Shown here piece by piece: positions 1-8,628 of a stretch of 47,550 nucleotides of DNA (the first letter of the stretch is position 1; each line of letters starts with the position of its first letter). Origin of the DNA: Candidatus Desantisbacteria bacterium CG1_02_49_89 (GTDB taxonomy: Bacteria; Desantisbacteria; UBA1551); contig MNUP01000028.1 in assembly GCA_001871075.1 (NCBI GenBank), positions 1 to 47,550 on the forward strand, in the 5' to 3' direction. The notes under the pieces were generated by a model, which saw only the letters and a program-made list of their open reading frames with translations, was not told the DNA's origin and made no database searches. The position numbers and the translations under genes are program-made.

Positions 1-226
1 TCGATTACAGTGATTATTTAACTAACGATCTTTGCTTCGCAACATTCTTTGTGGGTTATGTCGATAGACGATGAATTCCGGTGATTATCTAAAGAATAAA
101 GTTTAGGTGTAAGGCATGCCCGCAGAAGCGTTCGCGAAGGCGGGTCTTCTCTGAAAATGTCAACCCAGTTAAAACTAGCTCAAAGCTGAAAGCTGAAAGC
201 TCAAAGTTGCCCTCTGTAGCTGCTGA

Positions 227-422
227 TTCCTGCAGTTCCTATCCCCTGTAGCCCCTTTGGGGCTTAACATAGGGACCTGCGAGCCAGAGCCCTGCCAGCT
301 CCAAAGGAGCTCAACGGCAGGACCTACGAATCAGAACGGAGCTGATGATTCTCCGGCTGGGTAGATGGCTCTTCGGTTAATGCAGGAACCTACAGACCTG
401 AACGTGGTCGAAGGTCTTGCGG
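227..422 (+). repeat. Triple-nested cluster of 67-nt-class palindromic mini-elements (outermost 227-422, middle 243-376, inner 290-356)
   Basis: Each layer has a first stem (TTCCTGC/GCAGGAA, CCCTGT/ATAGGG, CCTGCC/GGCAGG), a CCTRC linker, a second stem and a TNCGG end. Removing 290-356 restores the 12-nt loop GAGCTGGGTAGA of the middle unit. Confidence 0.8.
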
Positions 423-460
423 ACGGGGGGACTTCGGCTTCGCCTCAGGCTTCGCCTCAG

Positions 461-540
461 CTTGACCCCTGCTAATTTCTGTGAAATTAAGCTGCTGGGG
501 TCTTCGTCTCTTGGTTCTTAAGTGGGGTTTTTTCCTTGAC
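461..540 (+). repeat. Copy of the 74-nt hairpin repeat that ends in TTTTTTCCTTGAC
   Basis: 74/80 identity by eye to 17737-17816. Confidence 0.9.
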
Positions 541-576
541 AAACAGCGGAAAGTATGCTATACTTATAGTAAGTAT
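536..576 (+). promoter_or_regulatory. Sigma70 promoter of the TA operon with overlapping palindromic operator
   Basis: TTGACA (536-541), 17-nt spacer, TGc-TATACT (559-564). Alternating half-sites AAGTAT 551-556, ATACTT 560-565, AAGTAT 571-576. Confidence 0.75.
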
Positions 577-608
577 TGCTTACAATAAATAAGGAAAGGA
601 AGGATAAT

Positions 609-893
609 ATGAGAACTGCTAACGTCAGGCCCGTAGGCCCCAGGAATCAGGTAACCCTGCCCAAGGAAGCGCTTGAGCTTTTTAAAATACACCCCCATGA
701 CCTCATCGCTTTTGTGTATACCAAGGAAGGCATACTCATTAAGCCGGTCACCGTTGTTGACAGAGACGCGTCTTTCGCTGAAGACGACCTTGACGAGATA
801 GAAAGGTCCATCCGGCAGCAGGTAAACGCCGGAGATTTTACCGAATTTTCCAGTTCAAAAAAAGCGGTCAGCTTTCTGAAGGGAAAGAAATGA
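609..893 (+). CDS. AbrB/MazE/SpoVT-family antitoxin
   Basis: N-terminal VGPRNQVTLPKEALELFKI swapped-hairpin motif, acidic C-terminus, ATG at 609 after GGA-rich SD, ATGA overlap with the next gene. Confidence 0.8.
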   Translation: MRTANVRPVGPRNQVTLPKEALELFKIHPHDLIAFVYTKEGILIKPVTVVDRDASFAEDDLDEIERSIRQQVNAGDFTEFSSSKKAVSFLKGKK

Positions 894-1165
894 AGGTTAG
901 ATACCTGAATTCTTTCATCCTCCAGTTTGAATCTATGCCGGCGCAGGACAGGCGGAAAGTCACCGGTGCTGTCTCCGGCCTGCTTGGTTTCATCGAGAAA
1001 AGGGTCCGCCCGCCCGCGGGACTGGGCATAAAGAAGCTCAGGAAGAACCTGTGGGAAGCCAGGGCGGGCATCAGAACAAGGGTTCTTTTCGCGCTTGAAC
1101 CGGGCCTGGTTACTTTCGCTTTTACGGGAAACCACGACGAGATCCGCCGGTACCTGCGGAAATAA
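890..1165 (+). CDS. RelE/ParE-superfamily toxin
   Basis: 91 aa, basic, IKKL..LWEAR....RVLF and C-terminal GNHDE motif, translationally coupled to the AbrB-like gene. Confidence 0.7.
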   Translation: MKVRYLNSFILQFESMPAQDRRKVTGAVSGLLGFIEKRVRPPAGLGIKKLRKNLWEARAGIRTRVLFALEPGLVTFAFTGNHDEIRRYLRK

Positions 1166-1196
1166 CCGCAATTTTTCCAGCCTTAGACAAGACAGT

Positions 1197-1216
1197 AAAT
1201 AAAGGGGACGGGTTCA
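1197..1216 (+). repeat. 20-bp direct repeat AAATAAAGGGGACGGGTTCA (second copy 5512-5531)
   Basis: Exact match between the two copies, which flank the 1298-5323 gene. Confidence 0.85.
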
Positions 1217-1297
1217 ATCAAAAATCCCCCTCACTCCCCCTTTCTGAAAGGGGGATGAAAGGATTAAAAGATATTGTTCTTTACGGGAGGTACTATA

Positions 1298-4200
1298 ATG
1301 AAGTATCAGATATTTATGACACAAGCGGTCATACTGGCAGTATGTGTGGGGGGGTGTATCATGAAACAGGTTGAGGGTAATGCTGCCCAGCCGGATCAAA
1401 CAGCAACCCGGTCAGACGCGACCGTGGCATACTGGAAGTTTGACGGGGACCTTAAAGATTCTTCAGGCAGGGGGCATGATCTCAAGGCGGCGGGCGCGAA
1501 GTTCGGTCCCGGGCATTCAGGGCAGGCGCTGAAGACCGGCTTTGAGGGGTCGGTGCTGACCAGCTCAGACCTTCAGCTGGCCCCCGGGTTCAGGATAGAA
1601 TGCTGGGTCTGCTTCGAGCGCCACTCTTCCGGCTGGCCCTCGTTCGTCAAAAAGAACACCGAATACATACTGCGCCTGGACCCGGCTGAGTATGGCGGGC
1701 ATTTTTCGTTCTTCGTGTACCTTGACGGGTGGGAGCCGGGGGTGTCGTCCAAAGTGAAGGCGGAGCCCGGAACCTGGTACCATATCATCGCGGAGTGGGA
1801 CGGGTTCAACTCCACGCTTGAGGTTAACGGCGAGAAAACAAGCGTTAAGCGCACTGGTTCGCCCAGGGCAGGCCGTTCCCCGCTGGAGGTCTGCTCGCTG
1901 GACGGGATGTTAGACGAGGTGCGCATAGAGAACATGATGCTTCCGAGGATTAAAATGCTTTACGCGGCAGCAGGCGGCCTGCCATTCTTTTCAGGGACCG
2001 CGAAGCCCGGGCAGGACCCTGTGGTGGGGAACTGGAAGTTCGACGGGGACCTGCGAGACGCTTCAAGCCAGGGCCACGAAATTACCACGAAGGACGCGAG
2101 TTTCGGCCCGGGGCATTCAGGCCAGGCGCTGCAAGTCGGTACCGAGGGATCGGTGCCGAGCAGCCCTGACCTGCAGATGGCGCCCGGTCTGAAAATAGAC
2201 TGCTGGGTCTTCTTCGAAAAGCACTCGCCGGGTTTTCCCGCGTTCGTGATCAAGGAACGCGAATACCAGCTGCGCGTGGACCCTGCGCCGCCCAAGGCAA
2301 GCGGGCTGTTCTCGTTTTACGTGTTTTTAAACGGGTGGGAGCCGAAGGTGTCGTCCACTTTTAAGCCGGAACCCGGCAACTGGTACCACCTTGTGGCGCA
2401 GTGGGACGGGTTCAATGCCACGCTTGAAGTTAACGGCGAGAAAACAAGCGTCCAGCGCCTGGGAATGCCAAGGCCCACCAACAACCCTCTTAAGATCGGC
2501 GCGCTGGACGGGATGATAGACGAACTGCGCATCGAGAACCCGATGTTTCCCGCGATGCAGAAATACCTCGCGGAGGCGGCCGAAGCCCCGCAGCGCGGCA
2601 GCGGGAGCCAGGACCACTTCGGGAAAGGGGCTGGCTGGCCAGGCTGGACAGGGATGTACGGCGCGCGCGTCGCGGCTTCAGGCGATAAGCTTGAAATAAC
2701 CCTGCCTGATTCCAACGCGATGGCGATCAACCCCGCTTTTAACCTGGACCTTAACCAGTACCGGTATGTGTGCTGCGATATTTCCTCCCCGGTGCCCGTG
2801 ATGCTTATATTCATCACGGATGCCGGGTGCGGCACCGCGTACCTGCCCGCAACCCAGGCGTCGCGCACATCCGTGGCTGACCTCAGTTCCAATCCGAGCT
2901 GGAGGGGAAAATTGAAGCTGCTTGCCCTGCTTGCCCCGGGCGCGGGTTCCCGCGGCATACAGATGGAGAACCTGTGGGTATCCGGAAAACCCGAGGGCAA
3001 GCCGTACCTGCAGGTGCAGCGCATAGTCTGGGACCACGCCATACTCAGCATCGGCAAGGAGGAGAAGGTAAGCGCGCTTGTTGAGGCGCGCGGCAGCGAG
3101 GGCCTGGAGGTCAGGGACGCGACCGCCTCTATTATTCTGCCGAAGGGCATTAAGTGCGCCGGCGACAAAACGCGCGAGCTGGGCACTCTGCCCACAGGCG
3201 CAAAAAAGACGGTGGAGTGGACTGTGATCGCGGATACAGAGACCAGCGGCAAGGTGACGGTCGTGATGAAGGCGCCTGACTGCGCGCAGGCATCGAAGCG
3301 CGGCTTTGTGTTCGCCGGCTCATTCACGCAGCTGTTCCCGGCAGTGAAAAATATCGCAACGACATACTATATCGACAGCGTGAACGGCCTGAACGGCAAT
3401 CCCGGCACTTCCCCTGATTCCCCGTGGAAGGACTTCACGAACATCAACGGCAAAACCCTGGGGGCCGGGGACAGGCTCCTTATAAAACGCGGCAGCGTCA
3501 TCAACCAGGAACTGCGGGTCTCGGCCAAAGGCGCGAAGGATAACTGGGCGGAGATCGGGGCCTACGGCACAGGGACGCGGCCCACGATACGGCGTAACTG
3601 GCACATTTCAGACCGCTGCGTCCTTATCACAGACCCGGATTATTTGTGGGTGCGCGGCCTTTACGTGACCTGCGCCGCGAGCGGTATATACGTGAGCTAC
3701 TCGCAGCCCAACCACGCGGGGCTGTTCATAGACGACTGCATCGCGTCCCACATCGAGGGGCGGTACAGCGGGTACCTTAACAGCACAGGAATACCTGAGT
3801 GGCGCGACATTCCGTGGCTGGACCCGGAGGGGTACTGCGGCATCATGGTGGGAGGCAGTTCAGCGAAGGATATCACCTTCAGCAACTGCGAGATGTTCCA
3901 TACGTCCTCCGCGTTCCGCATCAAGGGAGAGCGGGTGACGCTGGACAGGATGTTCGCGCACAGCTGCTACGTGCACAACACCTGCCCGCACCCCTACCTG
4001 GTAGACACCAGGAAATCAATGATGAAGAACTGCGTGCTGAACGCGTCAGGCGGGCACGCCAGCCGCGGGACCATGGGAATAATGCTGGGCGGCATGTACG
4101 GGATGATACTCTTTAACAATACCATCCGCAACATGCCGGACTCGCTCACCTGGGACCAGGGGGGGGTTGATTTCGAGTCGGGCGGCAACTGCTGCCTGAT

Positions 4201-5323
4201 AGACCATTGCACCTTCGAGAACAACGCGGGAGCGGCGATCGAGGTGCTGGGCCTGCAAAGCCCGCAGGCAAAGAACGTGGAGATACGCAACTCGCGTTTC
4301 ATCAAGGATAACTGGGTGAAGAAGAACTGGGGGCCGGCTGAGATCTATATCTGGGAATCAGCAGGCAAGAATTCGGACCCCAATATCGTCTGCTCCGACG
4401 GCACGATCCACGGCAACGGGTACGTCCTGGTCCCGGGAGTCGCGTTCTACGCGAACAAGGCGGAAGCGCTGACCAGCTGGAGGCTTTTTGACAACGCCCA
4501 GTACCAGACCGCTGAGGAGCTGCGCAAGGCTATGCCGCTTAACGACCCGCCGGATGTTGATGCGGGGGATGCTGTATACTCGGACAAGCTTACGTTGCAG
4601 CTGGCAGGTTCGGTAAAGGACGACGGCAGGCCTGCAGGCGCGCGCCTGAAGATACAGTGGGAGGTGCTTGAAGGCCCCGCTTCCGCGGAAGTGTCATTTG
4701 AAAATGAGGCATCTTCGACAACCAAAGCAACATTCGCCAAGCCAGGCGATTACCTTTTGCGGCTGGTCGGGGATGACAGCGAGCTGTGGACCAGCGACAT
4801 GGTAGCGGTGCACGTGCTGCCCAAGGGTGCGTCCGCGGCAAAAGCGTGGGAATTCAACCGCCAGCTGGACAAGGAGGGCTGGACCGAGGAAAACCTGGGC
4901 ACCAGGGACCGCAAGGAAGGGACAAAGGACTACGAAGTGACCAAGCCGGTCAAGTACGTTTCCGGCGGGTACTACATTGTCTGCGTTGAGAAAAGCACCA
5001 ACGCCTGCCTGCTTTCACCCGAAGATCTGAGCCTGGATATTTCAAAGCACAAGACCATCACAGTGCGGTTCCATAACCACACGCCCGCGGCAAGCATGCG
5101 TTTCTCCTTTACGACCGAGGCAAGCCCTGACTGGAACGAAGCCAACGGGCAGTTTTTCGAGGTGACACCCAACGACAACGGGCCCCGCGAGTACGCGGCG
5201 GACATGTCAAAGGCGCCCGGATGGAAAGGGAAACTTAAACAGCTGCGGTTCGACTTTGCCACAGGCGCCGCGCTTACAGGGACATGCCGCATTGACTACG
5301 TTCGGATAGACAGCTCTAATTAA
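1298..5323 (+). CDS. Large secreted or lipoprotein multidomain protein: two LamG domains, CBM-like module, Ig-like domain, right-handed beta-helix, PKD-like domain, C-terminal CBM-like module
   Basis: GGAGG SD before ATG 1298, hydrophobic N-terminus ending VGGC, two AYWKFDG..DSSG.GH / GMLDEVRI LamG units, TYYIDSVNGLNGNPGTSPDSPWK beta-helix start, PPDVDAG PKD start. Confidence 0.75.
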   Translation: MKYQIFMTQAVILAVCVGGCIMKQVEGNAAQPDQTATRSDATVAYWKFDGDLKDSSGRGHDLKAAGAKFGPGHSGQALKTGFEGSVLTSSDLQLAPGFRIECWVCFERHSSGWPSFVKKNTEYILRLDPAEYGGHFSFFVYLDGWEPGVSSKVKAEPGTWYHIIAEWDGFNSTLEVNGEKTSVKRTGSPRAGRSPLEVCSLDGMLDEVRIENMMLPRIKMLYAAAGGLPFFSGTAKPGQDPVVGNWKFDGDLRDASSQGHEITTKDASFGPGHSGQALQVGTEGSVPSSPDLQMAPGLKIDCWVFFEKHSPGFPAFVIKEREYQLRVDPAPPKASGLFSFYVFLNGWEPKVSSTFKPEPGNWYHLVAQWDGFNATLEVNGEKTSVQRLGMPRPTNNPLKIGALDGMIDELRIENPMFPAMQKYLAEAAEAPQRGSGSQDHFGKGAGWPGWTGMYGARVAASGDKLEITLPDSNAMAINPAFNLDLNQYRYVCCDISSPVPVMLIFITDAGCGTAYLPATQASRTSVADLSSNPSWRGKLKLLALLAPGAGSRGIQMENLWVSGKPEGKPYLQVQRIVWDHAILSIGKEEKVSALVEARGSEGLEVRDATASIILPKGIKCAGDKTRELGTLPTGAKKTVEWTVIADTETSGKVTVVMKAPDCAQASKRGFVFAGSFTQLFPAVKNIATTYYIDSVNGLNGNPGTSPDSPWKDFTNINGKTLGAGDRLLIKRGSVINQELRVSAKGAKDNWAEIGAYGTGTRPTIRRNWHISDRCVLITDPDYLWVRGLYVTCAASGIYVSYSQPNHAGLFIDDCIASHIEGRYSGYLNSTGIPEWRDIPWLDPEGYCGIMVGGSSAKDITFSNCEMFHTSSAFRIKGERVTLDRMFAHSCYVHNTCPHPYLVDTRKSMMKNCVLNASGGHASRGTMGIMLGGMYGMILFNNTIRNMPDSLTWDQGGVDFESGGNCCLIDHCTFENNAGAAIEVLGLQSPQAKNVEIRNSRFIKDNWVKKNWGPAEIYIWESAGKNSDPNIVCSDGTIHGNGYVLVPGVAFYANKAEALTSWRLFDNAQYQTAEELRKAMPLNDPPDVDAGDAVYSDKLTLQLAGSVKDDGRPAGARLKIQWEVLEGPASAEVSFENEASSTTKATFAKPGDYLLRLVGDDSELWTSDMVAVHVLPKGASAAKAWEFNRQLDKEGWTEENLGTRDRKEGTKDYEVTKPVKYVSGGYYIVCVEKSTNACLLSPEDLSLDISKHKTITVRFHNHTPAASMRFSFTTEASPDWNEANGQFFEVTPNDNGPREYAADMSKAPGWKGKLKQLRFDFATGAALTGTCRIDYVRIDSSN

Positions 5324-5377
5324 AAATAGTTAAAGGTTGAAGGTTGAAAGTTAAAGGTTGAAGGCGTGAAACTGCTA

Positions 5378-5511
5378 CCCCTATAGCCCCTTCGGGGCTT
5401 AACATAGGGGCCTGCGAGCCAGAGCCCTGCCAGCTCCAAAGGAGCTCAACGGCAGGACCTACGAATCAGAACGGAGCTGATGATTCTCCGGCTGGGTAGA
5501 TGGCTCTTCGG
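5378..5511 (+). repeat. Second copy of the 134-nt nested mini-element
   Basis: 131/134 identical to 243-376; similarity stops at the element ends. Confidence 0.9.
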
Positions 5512-5576
5512 AAATAAAGGGGACGGGTTCATTTATTTGCCTGTAAGATGATCTTTGCTTCGCGCAAATGATGATT

Positions 5577-5630
5577 ACCCCTGCAGTCCCGATAAAAAGA
5601 ATCGGGACAAGACGCAGGGGTCCTTTAGGG
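5577..5630 (+). repeat. 54-nt palindromic insert (ACCCCTGC...GCAGGGGT)
   Basis: Removal gives GATTACAGTGATTATT, identical to positions 3-18. Confidence 0.7.
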
Positions 5631-5904
5631 ACAGTGATTATTAAATAATGATTACGGTGTTAAAACTTTCTTCACAGGGATTCAGCGGGATTCAAACTAC
5701 AGGCATGTGTCCCGCCCAGCAAACGTGGCGGGCAGGCATGAGTGAAACCGCTTATTGCGGCAAACACTCGACATTTATTTGTGAGCAACAAGGTTCTGCG
5801 AAGCAGGTTCTTATGGCATATCGCATATGGCGTATCGTTTAAGACAGATACTGAATCCCAGATACCGAATGAAGGGAAATTAAAAGTAAAGAAGGAGGTA
5901 TAAA

Positions 5905-6267
5905 ATGCCTGAAGACGAAGAACCAAGAGCCGTAGAGTTCAGTGATATGGGGATTTTGCTGACAAACATCGAAAACGTTCCGGGCAAGACGATCACAAAG
6001 CATTTCGGGCTTGTGGCAGGCAGCACGGTGCGCGCGAAACATATCGGCAGGGATATCGCAGCGTCCTTTAAGAACATTGTCGGCGGCGAGCTGAAGGGTT
6101 ATACAGAGCTATTGCAGGAATCCCGCAAGCAGGCGACCCTGCGGATGATACAGCAGGCAAAGCAGCTGGGGGCGAACGCCGTGGTGAACGTGAGGTTTTC
6201 CACATCTTCGATCACGCAGGGCGCAGCGGAGCTCTACGTTTACGGAACGGCTGTCAGTGTGGAATAA
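5905..6267 (+). CDS. YbjQ (UPF0145) family protein
   Basis: GLVAGSTVRAKHIGRDI, GGELKGYTELL.ESR and LGANAVVNVRF motifs; AAGGAGG SD. Confidence 0.9.
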   Translation: MPEDEEPRAVEFSDMGILLTNIENVPGKTITKHFGLVAGSTVRAKHIGRDIAASFKNIVGGELKGYTELLQESRKQATLRMIQQAKQLGANAVVNVRFSTSSITQGAAELYVYGTAVSVE

Positions 6268-6276
6268 GGGGGCATT

Positions 6277-6738
6277 ATGGATATTTCCAACGTTGTCAAC
6301 TTAATAATATTCATTTTTCTCGTCGCCCTCGGATATTTCGCGGGGACCGCAGCCGAGAAGAAGCATTATAGATCCATAAAAGAACGCGAGAAAAAATTCC
6401 TTGGCATGCCCGCAGTGACGATAGAAAAAGCAGAGGATGAGTCCGGGATCGCGGACGCCCGCCTTGTCTGCGGCAGCGTGGTAGTATCCGTGGATTATTA
6501 CAAGCGTTTTCTCGCGGCCCTGCGCAACATCGCGGGCGGCGAGGTAATGTCCTACGAGACCCTTCTTGACAGGGGGCGCAGGGAAGCGGTGCTGCGGATG
6601 AAAGAAAGCGCGGCCGGCGCGGACATGATAGTGAACATGCGCCTGGAAACAGCCACTATAAGCGGGAAGGCGAACAGAAAAGCCGTGGGAACCGTGGAGG
6701 TCATGGCCTACGGCACTGCCATAACGCTGAAGAGGTAG
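6277..6738 (+). CDS. Membrane-anchored YbjQ-family paralogue
   Basis: N-terminal TM helix, GGEVMSYETLLDRGRREA and AYGTA motifs. Confidence 0.85.
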   Translation: MDISNVVNLIIFIFLVALGYFAGTAAEKKHYRSIKEREKKFLGMPAVTIEKAEDESGIADARLVCGSVVVSVDYYKRFLAALRNIAGGEVMSYETLLDRGRREAVLRMKESAAGADMIVNMRLETATISGKANRKAVGTVEVMAYGTAITLKR

Positions 6739-6739
6739 A

Positions 6740-7576
6740 GTGAAATACGAGCCGAAAGAAACGGGCGGGAACGTTAATGTGTCTCCCCGTTCTCCAATAA
6801 AGGAATTTTTTATCCTGGTTGGCGGCATACTGGGTGTAGCGCTGGCAGTTTATGTGATACTTGGGATCGCGGCTGAGTTAATAGTGTCGCGATTGCCGCC
6901 GGATTTTGAAACAAAGCTGGGCGCGGTATATTCAAGGGCGTACCCCGAAGCAAAACAGAGGACGGAAGCCGAAACATGCCTGCAGAAAATACTGGACAGG
7001 CTGCAGGAAGGCCTTCCCCCCGGCCAGCGGGGGTACAGGGCCCGCATAGTCCAGAGCGGCAAGGCCAATGCCTTCGCGGTGCCCGGCAAAAATATTGTAG
7101 TTTATTCGCAGCTGCTGAAAGAGGCCGGTTCAGAGAACGAGATCGCAATGGTGCTGGCCCATGAAATAGGGCATTTTGTCAACAGGGACCATTTGAAGGT
7201 CCTTGGAAGAAGGATAGTATTGCTTTCTATGTCAATGGCGGTTCTGGGCGGCGACAATGCCGTCACGGGAATGCTGCAGAATTCGCTTTTTGCCGCTGAA
7301 TCGAAATTTTCCCAGAAACAGGAAAGGTTCGCGGATGAGTTCGGGCTGCGGCTGCTGAACGCGACATACGGCCACGCGGCGGGGGCGGTTGATTTTTTTG
7401 AAAGGCAGGAAACTAAGCAAAAATACCCGAACTTCGCATTTTTCTTTGCAGGCCACCCTTCACACAAGGACCGCATAAATATTTTAAAGAAGTTAATAAA
7501 TGAAAGGGGATACAAGATCAAAGATAAAATACCCGTGGACAGCAAGATAAAAGCAGCTGGGGTCAGGTCTTTTTAA
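6740..7576 (+). CDS. M48 family zinc metallopeptidase
   Basis: NAFAVPG, HEIGH (HExxH), FSQKQERFAD and HPS motifs, N-terminal TM segment. Confidence 0.9.
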   Translation: MKYEPKETGGNVNVSPRSPIKEFFILVGGILGVALAVYVILGIAAELIVSRLPPDFETKLGAVYSRAYPEAKQRTEAETCLQKILDRLQEGLPPGQRGYRARIVQSGKANAFAVPGKNIVVYSQLLKEAGSENEIAMVLAHEIGHFVNRDHLKVLGRRIVLLSMSMAVLGGDNAVTGMLQNSLFAAESKFSQKQERFADEFGLRLLNATYGHAAGAVDFFERQETKQKYPNFAFFFAGHPSHKDRINILKKLINERGYKIKDKIPVDSKIKAAGVRSF

Positions 7577-7644
7577 GGCAGTCATGAGTTATGTGTCATG
7601 AGTCATGGGTGAGAGATTGAAAGTGAGAAAAGGAGGTGACCAAT

Positions 7645-7695
7645 ATGTGGAATAAGAAGAGCAGGAAGGAAAACAGAGGCGGGAGAGGAAGATAG
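7645..7695 (+). CDS. Putative 16-aa basic micropeptide MWNKKSRKENRGGRGR
   Basis: AAGGAGGTGA SD 5 nt before ATG; paralogue at 16333-16383 with synonymous differences. Confidence 0.6.
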   Translation: MWNKKSRKENRGGRGR

Positions 7696-7974
7696 CTCGA
7701 AGGCAGCCATTAATATTTAGAAATGCGTCTAATAGTTCAATTGTCCAATAGTCCAGTAGTGCAAGGAATTCGTGTGAATTAGTGAAAATTCGTGGTTATA
7801 AAGGCAGTCATTAGTCATTTGTTAATGCAGAATAAAAAATGCAGACGGATGGTTTAATGCTGTCCATTGTACATAGCAGGCATAAACAGCGGCGGGCAGG
7901 CATTCCACTTTCCCTGAAATAATTCAATACTTAAAATCCAGTCCATAGTTTTTAAGTTTGTATTTGGAGGCATC

Positions 7975-8628
7975 ATGATAAAAAAAGGAAATATTATCAG
8001 GGGCGGAATTTTTGTATTGATGATCTTTTTGCTTGCGGGAGCGGGTACGGCCGTGTCTCAGGAATTTCCTTTACAGGTCCTTTCCGCGACTCCGCGGGGC
8101 AGCGTGGAAGGATACGGCGAATTCAACGAGATCACGGTGATCTTTAACCAGCCGATGGTCCCCCTGGCAAAATTACCTGAAGGCCTCGGTTCAGGGCCGC
8201 TGGTGCTGGAGCCCATTATCAAAGGTAAATACAGATGGATGGGAACAAGCACGCTTGCCTTTACTCCTTCTGAAACCTTTCCTCTTTGCACTGGCTTTAA
8301 GGCTACGGTTCCAGCCGGTACAAAGTCTATGTCCGGACAGGTTTTAAAACAGGACTATATCTGGAGCTTCGAAACCCTGAGGCCAAAGGTGGTTCAACAC
8401 TCTCCGCATCATGGCCAGCAATGGGTAAGGCTGGACCAGGAAATATGGGTGCTTTTCAACCAGGCAATTGTTCCCAGGCTTGTATGGGAAAACGCGGTCC
8501 TCGAGAAGTCTAATTCTTCTCCAGCGGATATCCAGCAGGGCAGGAACATAATGACCGTATCGTGCAGGAATCCATCCAATGAAGAATGGAAAAAAGCTGG
8601 CAATGGATCCCTTCCCCGGACAGGATAG
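7975..8628 (+). CDS. Alpha-2-macroglobulin N-terminal part (signal peptide and Ig-like domains), ending at a frameshift
   Basis: GGAGG SD, signal peptide, ITVIFNQPM and GKYRWMGTSTLAFTP Ig-like motifs; the second Ig domain continues in the -1 frame. Confidence 0.75.
   Translation: MIKKGNIIRGGIFVLMIFLLAGAGTAVSQEFPLQVLSATPRGSVEGYGEFNEITVIFNQPMVPLAKLPEGLGSGPLVLEPIIKGKYRWMGTSTLAFTPSETFPLCTGFKATVPAGTKSMSGQVLKQDYIWSFETLRPKVVQHSPHHGQQWVRLDQEIWVLFNQAIVPRLVWENAVLEKSNSSPADIQQGRNIMTVSCRNPSNEEWKKAGNGSLPRTG

Noticed and set aside
335-376. Hammerhead ribozyme suggested by CTGATGA
   Set aside because: The motif is not conserved in most sibling copies, and I could not build stems I-III with a correctly placed GAAA and cleavage triplet.
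2317-3327. 336-aa minus-strand ORF and the many other antisense or alternate-frame ORFs in the track
   Set aside because: They fully overlap well-supported genes and have no recognisable motifs; these are shadow ORFs of GC3-rich coding DNA.
243-5511. Integron attC cassette array (RYYYAAC-like GCTCAAC and GCTTAAC boxes)
   Set aside because: No integrase, no consistent GTTRRRY partner or L boxes, and copies occur in both orientations and nested.
8589-8596. Canonical programmed -1 frameshift heptamer A-AAA-AAG in A2M
   Set aside because: The upstream frame reads AAA-AAA-G, which is the wrong phase, so programmed frameshifting is not asserted.
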